From NCBI GenBank assembly GCA_965203055.1, contig OZ241863.1:2816001-2880000 (forward strand): 64,000 nt of DNA, in the 5' to 3' direction. The position numbers were made by a program, and so were the translations under genes. How positions within the stretch are numbered: the first letter of the stretch is position 1; every line of letters starts with the position of its first letter. This DNA comes from Spirochaetia bacterium. GTDB lineage: Bacteria > Spirochaetota > Spirochaetia > SZUA-6 > Bin103. The notes under the pieces were generated by a model. It saw only the letters and a list, made by a program, of their open reading frames with translations. It was not told the origin of the DNA and did no database searches. Below, piece by piece: positions 28,068 through 37,808 of the stretch.

Positions 28068-29384
28068 ATGGGCCGGCGGCGGCGCGCCGCGCCTGCGGCC
28101 GCCGCGGCGCCGGCGTCAGGGCCGTTCTACGGCTGGTACGTGGCGGGGGCGCTGTTCTTCGCCATGTTCCTGAGCATCGGCCTGCGGCAGGGGTTCGGCA
28201 TCTTCGTCGAGCCTTGGCAGCGCGAGTTCGGCGTCGGCGTCGCCACCATCTCGCTGGCCGCGTCCATCGGCTGGTTCGTCAATGGCGCCGGCCAGGTGCT
28301 GATGGGCTGGCTGATCGACCGCGTGGGCGGGCGGCTGGTGGTTTCCGGCGCCGCGCTCCTGCTCGGCGCCGCGGTGGCGCTGATGGCCGCGGTCAACAGC
28401 GTCTTCGCGTTGATCGTGGTCTACGGACTGCTGATGTCGCTGGCCTCCGCGGGGCTCGCGGGCGGGCCGCCGGGCGCGGTGGTGGTGCGCTGGTTCCGCC
28501 GCAAGCGCGGCGCCGCCATGAGTCTGCTCACCTCGGGAGGCTCCCTTGGCGGCCTGCTGCTGGTGCCGTTTCTGACCTACCTGTTCCTGTGGACCGATTG
28601 GCGCAGCGCGTGGCTGATCGGCGGCGCGCTGGTGCTGCTGCTGGGGGTGCCGCTGCTGTACCTGGTGCTGCGCGACGACCCGGCCGAGATGGGTCTGCAG
28701 CCGGACGGGGGGGCGGCCGCCGGCGCGGCCACCGGCGCCGCGGCAGGGGCCGCGGCGAGCGCCGGACCGCTGCTGGCGCGGCGCTGGCCGGATGCCTTTC
28801 GCTCGGCGCCGATGTGGCAGCTCTCCGCAGCCTACTGGGTATGCGGCGTGACCACCGCCTCCATCTCCGTGCACTACGTGCGCTGGGCGGTCGCGGAGGG
28901 GATTACGCCGGCCACCGCGGCGCTCGCCTTCGGCCTGCTCAGCGGCATCAACGCCGTCGGCGTGCTGCTGGTCGGACCGCTCTCCGACCGCGTGCCGCGC
29001 AAGACCCTGCTCGGCGTAGTGTACCTGATCCGCGGCGTAGCGTTTCTGTTGCTGGTGATTCTGCCGGGGCCCGCGGCGTTGTGGGGGTTTGCCATCGTCG
29101 GCGGCGTTTCGTGGCTGGCCACGGTACCTCTGACCACCTCGCTGGCGGCCGACGTCTACGGCGTCCGGCACCTCGGCACGCTGGCCGGACTGATCAACTT
29201 CGCCCACCAGATCGGCGGCGCGCTGGCGGTGTATCTGTTCGGTCTGGTGTTCGACCTCCGGGGCAGCTACGACTGGGCGTTTCTCGCCGGGGCGGCGACG
29301 CTGGCGGGAGCCGGCATCGTGAGCCTGAGCATCCGCGAACGGCGCTATTCCAGCCGCTACGTGAGCGCCCCGCAGCCCGCTTGA
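28068..29384 (+). CDS. MFS transporter (OFA/MCT-like)
   Basis: FYGWYV, GWLIDRVGGR, RWFRRKRG, GPLSDRVPRK and about 12 TMs. Confidence 0.9.
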   Translation: MGRRRRAAPAAAAAPASGPFYGWYVAGALFFAMFLSIGLRQGFGIFVEPWQREFGVGVATISLAASIGWFVNGAGQVLMGWLIDRVGGRLVVSGAALLLGAAVALMAAVNSVFALIVVYGLLMSLASAGLAGGPPGAVVVRWFRRKRGAAMSLLTSGGSLGGLLLVPFLTYLFLWTDWRSAWLIGGALVLLLGVPLLYLVLRDDPAEMGLQPDGGAAAGAATGAAAGAAASAGPLLARRWPDAFRSAPMWQLSAAYWVCGVTTASISVHYVRWAVAEGITPATAALAFGLLSGINAVGVLLVGPLSDRVPRKTLLGVVYLIRGVAFLLLVILPGPAALWGFAIVGGVSWLATVPLTTSLAADVYGVRHLGTLAGLINFAHQIGGALAVYLFGLVFDLRGSYDWAFLAGAATLAGAGIVSLSIRERRYSSRYVSAPQPA

Positions 29385-29393
29385 GCGCGCGCC

Positions 29394-29588
29394 ATGCGGT
29401 TGTTGCCGATCCTGCTGCACCATTCGGAGCCGGCGGATCCGACGCTGCTGCAGTGGATTCGCGAACGTATCGACGCCCTGCTCGGCTTGGGGCCGGCGCC
29501 GATCGTGCTGGTCCTGGGCGCCCTGATCGCCGCCTTTCCCATCGCGCTCGGCGTCTGGGCGACGATTCAGCGCCGCCGCGGCCAATGA
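29394..29588 (+). CDS. Small single-TM hypothetical protein
   Basis: 64-aa ORF filling the gap, with a C-terminal hydrophobic helix and basic tail. ATGA overlap with nudC. Confidence 0.6.
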   Translation: MRLLPILLHHSEPADPTLLQWIRERIDALLGLGPAPIVLVLGALIAAFPIALGVWATIQRRRGQ

Positions 29589-30517
29589 GAGACCCTCATC
29601 CATTCGCCGGCAACCCGCTCGACCGGGGGGAGCGGGAACGCCGGGGCGAAGCCTGGATCGCGACCGCCGGACGAGCCGCAGGCAGCCGGTTCCTGCCCTT
29701 CAGCGACCTGGAGGTGCTGATCGACGATGCTGGCCCGCAACCGCGGCTCGGCTGGCTGGACGGGGACCGCATCCGTTCCCTGGCGCCGGGAGCCGAGCCG
29801 TTGTTCCTGGGCCTCCTGGAGGGCGCGGCGCACTTTGCCGTGGACCTGTCCCGCTGGCCGGCCGCCGTTGCCCGGATCGCGGCTGAACCGGGCCGGCGCT
29901 TCACCGACTGCCGTACCGCCGGCGGCGAATTGGCCGGCCCCGAGACCGGCATCACCGCCCAGGCCAGGTCACATCTGGACTGGCACCGCCGGCACGGCTT
30001 CTGCTCGGTGTGCGGGGAGCCCACCGTGGTGCGGCGCGGCGGCCAGGTACGCACCTGTCCCGCCTGCCGCGCCCAGCACTTCCCGCGAACCGATCCGGTG
30101 GTGATCACCGTGGTCGGCGACCCCGCCACCGACCGCTGCCTGCTAGGTCAGTCGCGCGGGCGCCTGTCGCGCCTGCGGATGTACTCCGCCCTCGCCGGGT
30201 TCGTAGACCAGGGGGAGGCGGTGGAGGAGGCGGTGGCGCGGGAGGTAATGGAGGAAGCGGGCATCCGGGTGACCAACGTCCGCTACCACTCCTCGCAGCC
30301 GTGGCCGTTTCCCTGTTCGCTCATGATCGGTTGCCTGGCGGAGGCCGCCACCACCGCCATCCGCATGGACGATGAGGAAATGTCCGCCGTGCACTGGTTC
30401 GAACGCCGTGAAGTGCTGCTGGCCCTCGCCGGCAAGAGCGAGGCGCTCTCGGTGCCCGGCCCCATCGCCATCGCCCACCACCTGATCAAGGCCTGGGCCA
30501 CCCGCGAGCCGTTCTAG
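29585..30517 (+). CDS. nudC: NAD(+)/NADH diphosphatase NudC
   Basis: FCSVCG...CPAC zinc site, FPRTDPVVI, Nudix box AGFVDQGE...REVMEEAG, SQPWPFPCS. Confidence 0.93.
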   Translation: MRDPHPFAGNPLDRGERERRGEAWIATAGRAAGSRFLPFSDLEVLIDDAGPQPRLGWLDGDRIRSLAPGAEPLFLGLLEGAAHFAVDLSRWPAAVARIAAEPGRRFTDCRTAGGELAGPETGITAQARSHLDWHRRHGFCSVCGEPTVVRRGGQVRTCPACRAQHFPRTDPVVITVVGDPATDRCLLGQSRGRLSRLRMYSALAGFVDQGEAVEEAVAREVMEEAGIRVTNVRYHSSQPWPFPCSLMIGCLAEAATTAIRMDDEEMSAVHWFERREVLLALAGKSEALSVPGPIAIAHHLIKAWATREPF

Positions 30518-30648
30518 CGGCGGGGCGGGCCGGCGGCGGCGCGCGATTGTGACCGGTGTGATTCGGTTCCCGGCGACCGGCATGCCGAAAAACACCTTTT
30601 TTCCGCAATTGAGTTGCCGAAATGATGATTCGCGGATAGGATGGCCGG

Positions 30649-31806
30649 ATGCCTCTGGCCCGCCGCCGCCTCGACCTGCGCCGCGATCTGCGCACGCGCT
30701 CCGTGTTCCTGTTCGGACCGCGGCAGACCGGCAAGTCGACCTGTCTGCGCCAGACGTTCCCCGACTCCCCGCGGTTCGACCTGCTGCGCGGCGAGGTGTT
30801 TCTGCGCCTCTCGCGCGAGCCTGGCCGGCTGCGGGGTGAGCTGGCGACCGTCGATCCCTCCTCCGGGCCGGTCATCATCGATGAAATCCAGAAGCTCCCG
30901 AGCCTGCTCGACGACGTGCACGACCTGATCGAAAGCCGCGGGTTCCGGTTCGCGCTGGCGGCCAGCAGCCCGGCCAAGCTCCGCCGCGGGGGCGTCAATC
31001 TGCTCGGCGGCCGGGCGCGTATCCGCCACCTGTTCCCGTTCGTGTCCGCCGAGGTCCCGGACTGGGATCTGCTGCGGGCGGTCAACGTCGGCGGCATCCC
31101 CTCGATCTACTACTCGGACGATCCGGTCGAGGACCTGCGCGCCTATTGCGGGGCCTATCTGCGGCTGGAGGTGCAGGCCGAAGGGCTGGTGCGCGGCGTG
31201 GAGCCGTTTTCGCGGTTCCTTACCGCGGCCGCCCTGTGCTGCGGGGAGCAGGTGGTATTCGATCGGCTGGCCGCGGACGCCGCGGTCCCGCCGCGCACCG
31301 TGCGCGAGTACTTCCAGGTGCTGGAAGACACGCTCACCGGCTTCCTGCTGCGGCCGTTCCGGGCCCGCCGCCCGCGGCGCAAGCCGGTAGCACGCGCCAA
31401 GTTCTACCTGTTCGACCCCGGCGTCGCCAACGCGCTGGCCGGCGTGACGCACGTCCGGCCCGGCAGCCCGGCGTTCGGGCGCGCCCTCGAGCATCTGATC
31501 TTCTGCGAGCTGCGCGCCTGGCAGGCGTATCACCGCGACCACCGCGGCCTGACCTACTGGCGGACCGCGGACGGATCGGAGGTCGACTTCGTGGCCGGCG
31601 ACGCGGCGGCGATCGAGGTCAAGGCGACCGGCGCCGTGACCGGCCGCGACCTGACCGGCCTGCGGCGCATCGCCGAGGAGGCTACCTGGCAGCGGCGCAT
31701 CGTGGTATGCACCGAATCGGCCGCGCGCGTCGTGGCCGGCATCGAGATCGTGCCGGTGCGCGAGTTCCTGCACCGGCTCTGGAACGGCGACGTCATCACT
31801 CCATGA
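30649..31806 (+). CDS. AAA+ ATPase with DUF4143 domain (AAA_14 family)
   Basis: GPRQTGKST, IIDEIQK, KFYLFDPG, EVDFV...IEVK. Confidence 0.9.
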   Translation: MPLARRRLDLRRDLRTRSVFLFGPRQTGKSTCLRQTFPDSPRFDLLRGEVFLRLSREPGRLRGELATVDPSSGPVIIDEIQKLPSLLDDVHDLIESRGFRFALAASSPAKLRRGGVNLLGGRARIRHLFPFVSAEVPDWDLLRAVNVGGIPSIYYSDDPVEDLRAYCGAYLRLEVQAEGLVRGVEPFSRFLTAAALCCGEQVVFDRLAADAAVPPRTVREYFQVLEDTLTGFLLRPFRARRPRRKPVARAKFYLFDPGVANALAGVTHVRPGSPAFGRALEHLIFCELRAWQAYHRDHRGLTYWRTADGSEVDFVAGDAAAIEVKATGAVTGRDLTGLRRIAEEATWQRRIVVCTESAARVVAGIEIVPVREFLHRLWNGDVITP

Positions 31807-31830
31807 AACGGCCGGCGGCGCGCGATCCCG

Positions 31831-32781
31831 CTAGCTGTGGGCCGCGCGGTCGCCGGCGTAGCTGCGGAAGCCGGCCACCATCAGGCCAAGCTGGTTGTCC
31901 TTCCGCGCCTCGGCGACCTCGGCCGCGCGCGCGGCGCGGTCCGCCGCGGTGGAGGCGCCGATCACCACGTAGTCGTCCGCTCTGCGGTAGCGGTGGATGA
32001 ACACCGGTCGCGGCACCGCGGAGTAGTTCGGCGGCGAGCCGTGGATCGTCTTGACGTGGAAGAAGATCGCGTCGCCGGCCTCGCCCTCGATTGGCAGCGC
32101 CCGGTCGAAGGTCCACTGCGCGGGATCCAGCCCCAGGTGGCTCTCGGTGTCGACGTGCTCCAGGATATCCAGCCGGTGGGAGCCGGGGACGACGTGCAGC
32201 GCGCCATGCTCCACGGTGGTCGGTATGGTATAGCAGAGCACCCCTACCGGCCCCTCGTACTTGTGCTCGAAGTAGGAGGCGTCCTGGTGCAGCAGCTTGG
32301 GGTGCCCGCCGGCCGGCTCCTTGCACAGCGTCTGGCCCTCGCCGAACAGTTCCACTTCGCCGCCCAGAATCGCCTGCACCACGGCCAGCAGCGCGGGATC
32401 GAACGCCGAGCGCAGGAAGGCGCTGCTGGTGGTATACTTGCAGCTCGTCACCATCACCTGCCAGGCGCGCGCGAACCCCTCCGGCGCCGGAATCAGCAGC
32501 GTACCGTCGGGCGTGCTCAAGCCGACCGCGGACTCCGTGTACCGGCCCGCCTCGTAGAGGCGGATCGCCTGCTCCATGGTCCGCACGACGTCGCCGCCGA
32601 TCGCCGCGGCGTACGCGCGCATCAGACCGCGCACCACCAAGCAGCCATGCTCGGCATAGATCGCCGCGGCCCGGGCCGTGTCCAGCTCCGCCACCTGCAA
32701 CTCGACGTCGGCCAACGAAACGGGCGCGGCGCGGGCCGCCGCCTCCGCCCCGATGGTTCTGTCCAGGCCCTTTTCCAACAC
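31831..32781 (-). CDS. PhyH family dioxygenase
   Basis: LHQD, GALHVVPGSH, IHGSPPNYS..PR. Start uncertain (GTG 32781 or TTG 32778 after TGcTATGCT). Confidence 0.88.
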   Translation of the reverse strand: MLEKGLDRTIGAEAAARAAPVSLADVELQVAELDTARAAAIYAEHGCLVVRGLMRAYAAAIGGDVVRTMEQAIRLYEAGRYTESAVGLSTPDGTLLIPAPEGFARAWQVMVTSCKYTTSSAFLRSAFDPALLAVVQAILGGEVELFGEGQTLCKEPAGGHPKLLHQDASYFEHKYEGPVGVLCYTIPTTVEHGALHVVPGSHRLDILEHVDTESHLGLDPAQWTFDRALPIEGEAGDAIFFHVKTIHGSPPNYSAVPRPVFIHRYRRADDYVVIGASTAADRAARAAEVAEARKDNQLGLMVAGFRSYAGDRAAHS

Positions 32782-32885
32782 CGGCCAGCATAGCACGCCG
32801 CGCCGCGGCGCGACAGACCCCCGCGCGGCACCGCACGGCACCGCGGGCACCAGCCGTTGTTTGTCGAGTAGCGCTCGGCCGGCAC

Positions 32886-32942
32886 TTGACCGAATGATTA
32901 ATCTACCTTAATCTTATGCCGTTACGATTAACTTCCTTAATG
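32886..32942 (+). promoter_or_regulatory. Promoter with two palindromic operator-like boxes upstream of the Fe3+ SBP gene
   Basis: TTGACC (32886-32891), 17 nt, TAATCT (32909-32914). GATTAA-N6-TTAATC at 32896-32913 and GATTAA-N5-TTAAT at 32926-32941, in an AT-rich patch. Confidence 0.65.
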
Positions 32943-32954
32943 GAGGTATCTCAC

Positions 32955-33992
32955 ATGAGAGATAGCATCGTGAGGTCGCTACTGGTTGCGGCCGCATTGC
33001 TGGCGCCGGCCGGCGCCGTGTTCGCCGCAGCCGAGAGCGAGGGCGAGGTCAACGTCTACTCGCATCGTCACTACGACGTCGATCTGGAACTCTACCGGAG
33101 CTTCGAAGAGCAGACCGGGATCAAGGTGAACCTGGTCGAGGGCGGCTCCGACGAGTTGATCGAGCGGCTGGTGCGCGAGGGGGCGGAGTCTCCGGCCGAC
33201 ATTCTCATGACCGTGGACGCCGGGCGGTTGCACCGCGCCAGGCAGGCCGGCCTGCTGCAGCCGGTCTCCTCACCCGTCCTGCATGATCGGGTCCCGGAGC
33301 ATCTGCGCGATCCGGACGGCTACTGGTTCGCCCTCACCCGCCGGGCGCGGGTGATCGTCTATCACCCGGACCGCGTGGAACCGAGTGAGCTGAGCACCTA
33401 CGAGGCGCTGACCGATCCCAAGTGGCGCGGCCGCATCCTGATCCGCTCATCTTCCAACATCTACAACCAGTCGCTGCTGGCCTCCATGATCGCCCACCAC
33501 GGGGAGACCGGGGCGCGCGACTGGGCGGCGGGGATGGTGCGCAACATGGCGCGCACGCCGAAGGGCAATGACCGCGGCCAGATGTCGGCGGTGGCCGCCG
33601 GTGAAGGCGATCTCGCCGTCGTCAACACCTACTACGTCGGCCGCATGCTGAACTCTTCCAATCCCGAAGAGCGGGCGGTGGGGGAGCAGATGCGCGTGTT
33701 CTTTCCCAACCAGGAGGGCCGCGGTGCCCACGTCAACGTCAGCGGCGCCGGGGTCACCGCCAGTGCCGGGAATCCGGCCGGCGCGCTGAGTCTGTTGGAG
33801 TTCCTGGTCAGCGAGACGGCGCAACGGGTGTGGGCGCACGCCAACTACGAATATCCCGTGAACCGCAACGTGCGGCCCGCGCCGCTGCTGGAGTCATGGG
33901 GCGAGCTCAAGGCCGACACCCTCGGCCTGCACCTGCTCGGCGAGTACAACTCCGCCGCGGTAAGGATCTTCGACCGGGCAGGCTGGCGCTAA
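32955..33992 (+). CDS. Fe(3+) ABC transporter substrate-binding protein (FutA/FbpA-like)
   Basis: VNVYSHRHY, ESPADILMTVDAGRL, RSSSNIYNQSL, NTYY, HVNVSGAGV, ANYEYPV. RBS GGAGG. Confidence 0.93.
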   Translation: MRDSIVRSLLVAAALLAPAGAVFAAAESEGEVNVYSHRHYDVDLELYRSFEEQTGIKVNLVEGGSDELIERLVREGAESPADILMTVDAGRLHRARQAGLLQPVSSPVLHDRVPEHLRDPDGYWFALTRRARVIVYHPDRVEPSELSTYEALTDPKWRGRILIRSSSNIYNQSLLASMIAHHGETGARDWAAGMVRNMARTPKGNDRGQMSAVAAGEGDLAVVNTYYVGRMLNSSNPEERAVGEQMRVFFPNQEGRGAHVNVSGAGVTASAGNPAGALSLLEFLVSETAQRVWAHANYEYPVNRNVRPAPLLESWGELKADTLGLHLLGEYNSAAVRIFDRAGWR

Positions 33993-34007
33993 GCTAAGCG
34001 TTTGGCT

Positions 34008-34041
34008 GAACGGCGCGCCGGTACCGGCCGGCGCGCCGTTC
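34008..34041. terminator. GC-rich hairpin after the Fe3+ SBP gene
   Basis: GAACGGCGCGCCGG-N6-CCGGCGCGCCGTTC, 14-bp stem, no clear U tract. Confidence 0.45.
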
Positions 34042-34100
34042 GGTGGGATGGGAGCGCCTTCCTTGACCGCCGGCGCGCGCCGGGCTACGCTGCGGGCCAC

Positions 34101-35141
34101 GTGCTCTTCCTCCTTGGCGAGGTTCTGCAACCGGTATACGGCCCGTTTCGCCTGCTCACCTCCCATATCTTCCTGGCCGGCGCCGCCATCGTGCTGTCCG
34201 GCCTGCTGACCTGGGTGCTGCTTCCTCCGCTGGCGCCGCGCCTGCCGCGCGATCAGGGCCGCGCCTACGCCGTGGACACCGCGGCGGCCGTGGGCAAGCC
34301 GACCAGCGCCGGCCTCGTGTTCGTGCTGGTGTACCTCGGCGTCGCGCTGATCGTCGTGCCCTGGGACCTGGGCCATCTCGTCGCCCTCGGCGTGGTGCTC
34401 CTGGCCATGGGGGGCGGCTTCCTCGACGACCGCGCCGAGCTGTCCGAATACTGGCTGGCGGCCATCGACTTCGGCCTGGCGCTGCTGACGGCGCTGGCCA
34501 TGTGCGGCAGCGGAACCGAGATCTGGCTGCCGTTCGTCACCGAACCGCTGCTGCTCCCGCGCTGGATCTGCGTGGCCGGGGCCACGGCGCTGCTCTGGGT
34601 GGCGATCAACGCCACCAATTGCACCGACGGCGTGGATGGTCTGTCCGGCAGCCTGGCGGTAGTGGCCCTCACCACCCTCGGCGGCTTGCTCTACTTCGTG
34701 TTGGGGCACGACGAAATCTCCGCCTACCTGCTGCTGCCCCACTATCCCGACGGCGCGACCTGGGCGATCAGCGCCTTTGCCATGATCGGCTGCCTGGCCG
34801 GCTACCTGTGGTACAACGCCCACCCCAGCGAGATGCTGATGGGAGATGCCGGGTCGCGCGCCGTCGGGCTGCTGCTCGGCATCCTGGTGATCAAGAGCGG
34901 CAACCCGTTCATGCTGTTGATCGTCTCCGGCGTGTTGCTGGTGAACGGCGGCACCGGACTGCTGAAGGTAGCCCTGCTGCGCTTCTTCAACATCAACATC
35001 CTGCACAATGTCCGCTTTCCGCTGCACGACCACCTGCGCCACCGCGCCGGCTGGTCCAACACCCAGGTGCTGGTGCGGTTCATCCTGCTGCAGGTAACCA
35101 TCACCATGGTGTTCATCGTCGCCCTCATCAAGATCCGCTGA
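34101..35141 (+). CDS. mraY: Phospho-N-acetylmuramoyl-pentapeptide transferase
   Basis: GKPTSAG, GFLDD, NATNCTDGVDGL, YLWYNAHP..MLMGDAGS, FPLHDH and multiple TMs. Confidence 0.85.
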   Translation: MLFLLGEVLQPVYGPFRLLTSHIFLAGAAIVLSGLLTWVLLPPLAPRLPRDQGRAYAVDTAAAVGKPTSAGLVFVLVYLGVALIVVPWDLGHLVALGVVLLAMGGGFLDDRAELSEYWLAAIDFGLALLTALAMCGSGTEIWLPFVTEPLLLPRWICVAGATALLWVAINATNCTDGVDGLSGSLAVVALTTLGGLLYFVLGHDEISAYLLLPHYPDGATWAISAFAMIGCLAGYLWYNAHPSEMLMGDAGSRAVGLLLGILVIKSGNPFMLLIVSGVLLVNGGTGLLKVALLRFFNINILHNVRFPLHDHLRHRAGWSNTQVLVRFILLQVTITMVFIVALIKIR

Positions 35142-35158
35142 CGGCGCGGCCATGCGGT

Positions 35159-36028
35159 TCAGCGCCGGTCGGGATCGGCGTCGAGCGGCTGGCCGCAGTG
35201 CGGGCAGACCGCGCGGTCGCGCGGCGCCGACTGCTGCTGCGACGACTGCGGGCGCGCCGCCGGCGGTTTGGCGCGGGCCACCGCCTCGGCGAAGCCGGAG
35301 CTGATGATCGCGGTGGGCAGGGCTACCAGACCGATGCCCAACACCGCGATGATGCCGCTGAGCAGGCGCCCGAGGCCGGTTACCGGGTATACGTCGCCGT
35401 AGCCGATGGTGGTGAGGGTCGCCACCGCCCACCACAGCGAGGCGACGATGTTGGGGAACGCCTCAGGCTGCACCTGCGACTCCAGGTAGTACATCAGCGT
35501 GGACGCCAACATCAGCAGCAGCGCGGTCAGGAACACGGCCACCAGCAGCTCGTGGCGGCGCTCGCGCACCACCGCGCCCAGGGTCATGACCGAACGGGTA
35601 TAGCGGGTCAGCTTGAGCAACCGCAGAAAGCGCACCAGCCGCAGGATGCGCACCGCCCGCAGGTCCACCGGGATCAGGAACGGCAGATAGAACGGGAGGA
35701 TCGCGAGCAGGTCGATGATCCCGATGGGCGACGCCAGGAACCTGGCGGCGGCGCCGAGCCGCGAGCTGCGCGGGCGCAGGAAGTCGCAGGTCCACAGGCG
35801 CAGCGCGAACTCCACGGTGAACAGCGCCACCGACACCACCTCGAGCAGGTTGAACCAGGCGGCGTAGCGGGCGTGGAGACCGGCGAACGACTCCAGCACC
35901 ACCGCCGCCATGTTGGCCAGAATCAGCCCGATCAGGATGCTGTCGACCGCGCCCGAGAGCCGGTCGTCGTCGGCGCCCTTCTCCAATACTTCGTAGGTGC
36001 GCCGGCGCAGGGCGCGGTAACCGGACAT
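35159..36028 (-). CDS. Voltage-gated potassium channel (6TM ion transporter)
   Basis: S4 RAVRILRLVRFLRLLKLTR, pore WWAVATLTTIGYGDVYP, C-terminal CPHC. Confidence 0.93.
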   Translation of the reverse strand: MSGYRALRRRTYEVLEKGADDDRLSGAVDSILIGLILANMAAVVLESFAGLHARYAAWFNLLEVVSVALFTVEFALRLWTCDFLRPRSSRLGAAARFLASPIGIIDLLAILPFYLPFLIPVDLRAVRILRLVRFLRLLKLTRYTRSVMTLGAVVRERRHELLVAVFLTALLLMLASTLMYYLESQVQPEAFPNIVASLWWAVATLTTIGYGDVYPVTGLGRLLSGIIAVLGIGLVALPTAIISSGFAEAVARAKPPAARPQSSQQQSAPRDRAVCPHCGQPLDADPDRR

Positions 36029-36127
36029 GGTGCCTCATTCTGTACCGCCGCCCGCCCGCCGGTACATACGGGTTGGCGTTGGCTTTGACGGGACCAATCC
36101 ATATACTGGTACCTCAAGGAGCACCGA

Positions 36128-37045
36128 TTGGACGTCCTGACTACCACCCTCGAATTCGTCGTCGAGAAGCTGCCCTACTTCGCCGCCGGCCTGGCGCTGG
36201 TGTTCCTCGGCAAGCTGTTCTACAACCTGACTACCCGCTACGACATCGACCGCCATCTGACCGCCGAGCGCAACAACGCCGTCGGCGTCAGCTTTACCTG
36301 CTACCTGGTGGGGCTCGCGTTCGCCGTTTCCACCACCCTGCGGGGAACCACCGGCGACCTGCTCGGCGAGTTGGCGGGAATCGTGATCACCGGGGCGCTG
36401 TCGATCATCCTGCTGCGGCTGAGCATGATCATCAACGACCGCTTCGTGCTGTTCACCTTCAAGGTGGGAACGGAGATCGCCGACGAGCAGAACGTCGGCA
36501 CCGGCTACGTGGTGGGCGGCATGAGCATTGCCACCGGGCTGATGCTGTCCGGCGTCATGGACGGCACCAGCAGCGGCCTGCTGCTCCTGGTGCGCGACGT
36601 GGTGATCTACTGGGCTGCCGGACAGGTGATCCTGATCATCGACGGGCTGGTGTTCCAAGCCATCACCCGCTACGACGTGCATCGCAGCATCGAGGATGAC
36701 GCCAATCCCGCGGTGGGCATCAGCTTCGGCGCCTTCCTGGCCGCCCAGGGCCTGATCACGCGCACCGCCCTCACCGGCGCCGGCAGCGACATGGGACGTG
36801 AGCTGGTCATCACCGCGATCATCGCCGGCAGCGGCCTGATCCTCCTGTTGCTCGGACGAGTCATCGCCGACAAGGTGTTCCTTCCCCACGGGGTGCTGTC
36901 GCAGGAGGTGGCGGAGCACAAGAACACCGCGGCCGCGGCCGTGGCCGCGGCCGCGTTCCTGGTGATCGCCATTCTGTTCAACGCCGCCGCCAATCCCGGT
37001 ACCGTCGCCACCGCGGGCGCGGTGACCGCAGGAGCGACGCCGTGA
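36128..37045 (+). CDS. Membrane protein with two DUF350 domains
   Basis: Repeated TRYDIDRHLTAERNNAVG / EIADEQNVGTG / TRYDVHRSIEDDANPAVG / EVAEHKNTAAA between TM pairs. TTG start with RBS AAGGAG. Confidence 0.82.
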   Translation: MDVLTTTLEFVVEKLPYFAAGLALVFLGKLFYNLTTRYDIDRHLTAERNNAVGVSFTCYLVGLAFAVSTTLRGTTGDLLGELAGIVITGALSIILLRLSMIINDRFVLFTFKVGTEIADEQNVGTGYVVGGMSIATGLMLSGVMDGTSSGLLLLVRDVVIYWAAGQVILIIDGLVFQAITRYDVHRSIEDDANPAVGISFGAFLAAQGLITRTALTGAGSDMGRELVITAIIAGSGLILLLLGRVIADKVFLPHGVLSQEVAEHKNTAAAAVAAAAFLVIAILFNAAANPGTVATAGAVTAGATP

Positions 37046-37791
37046 CCGCGGCGCGGCATCCCCGGCTGCTTGCCTCCGCCAACCGCCGCCGGCAAGCACC
37101 GCCCGCGGCGCGGACGCGGCGCCGCCTCCTGCTCGCCGCGGCCGTGATCCTGTCCCTGCTGCTAGTGGCCGGCGATGCCTTCGCGCGGCGCGGCGGCGGC
37201 TTCGGCGGCGGGCGCGCCTTCAGCAGCCGCGGGTTCTCCTCCTCGCGCAGCGTCTCCCGCGGCTCGGTCTGGGGGGCCAACCGCGCCCGCACCGCCACCA
37301 CCACGCGCCAGTCGCTGTCCGGCACCCGCGGCGCGACCGCGCGCAGCAACACGCGCGGCGTCAGCAACGCCCAGTACCAGCGCGCGCGCACCAACGGCAC
37401 CACCTTTCAGACCCGGCAGCAGGCCGAGCAGGCGTTCGTCAGCCGCAATTCCAGTCAATATCCCTCGCGCTACTCCACGCAACCGAGCAGTCGGCCCGCG
37501 CACATCCCGCAGAGCACGCGCGTCGACGGGCGCAACGTCAACGTGACCTACAACGCCGGGCTCGGCGGTTACGGCTACCTGCACCCCACGCTCGGCACCT
37601 GGGTGCTGTACAGCGCCATGGCCGACGCGGCCATGCTGGGCCTGCTCATGTCCAACCGCGGCTACTACTACGGCCCGGCGCCCGGCGCCTACTACGGCGG
37701 CCGCCCCTCCGGCTTCTGGACCGGCCTGATGGTGATCGCGATCATTCTCGCGGTGTTCTTCGTGATGCGCGCCGGGTCGCGCCGCCACTAG
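37042..37791 (+). CDS. Hypothetical exported, membrane-anchored protein with Gly/Ser/Arg-rich low-complexity region
   Basis: Signal-like segment ending GDAFA, then RRGGGFGGGRAFSSRGFSSSRS, a Tyr/Gly-rich part and a C-terminal TM. GTGA overlap with the DUF350 gene. Confidence 0.75.
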   Translation: MTAARHPRLLASANRRRQAPPAARTRRRLLLAAAVILSLLLVAGDAFARRGGGFGGGRAFSSRGFSSSRSVSRGSVWGANRARTATTTRQSLSGTRGATARSNTRGVSNAQYQRARTNGTTFQTRQQAEQAFVSRNSSQYPSRYSTQPSSRPAHIPQSTRVDGRNVNVTYNAGLGGYGYLHPTLGTWVLYSAMADAAMLGLLMSNRGYYYGPAPGAYYGGRPSGFWTGLMVIAIILAVFFVMRAGSRRH

Positions 37792-37808
37792 CCGGCAACC
37801 GAACCGCC

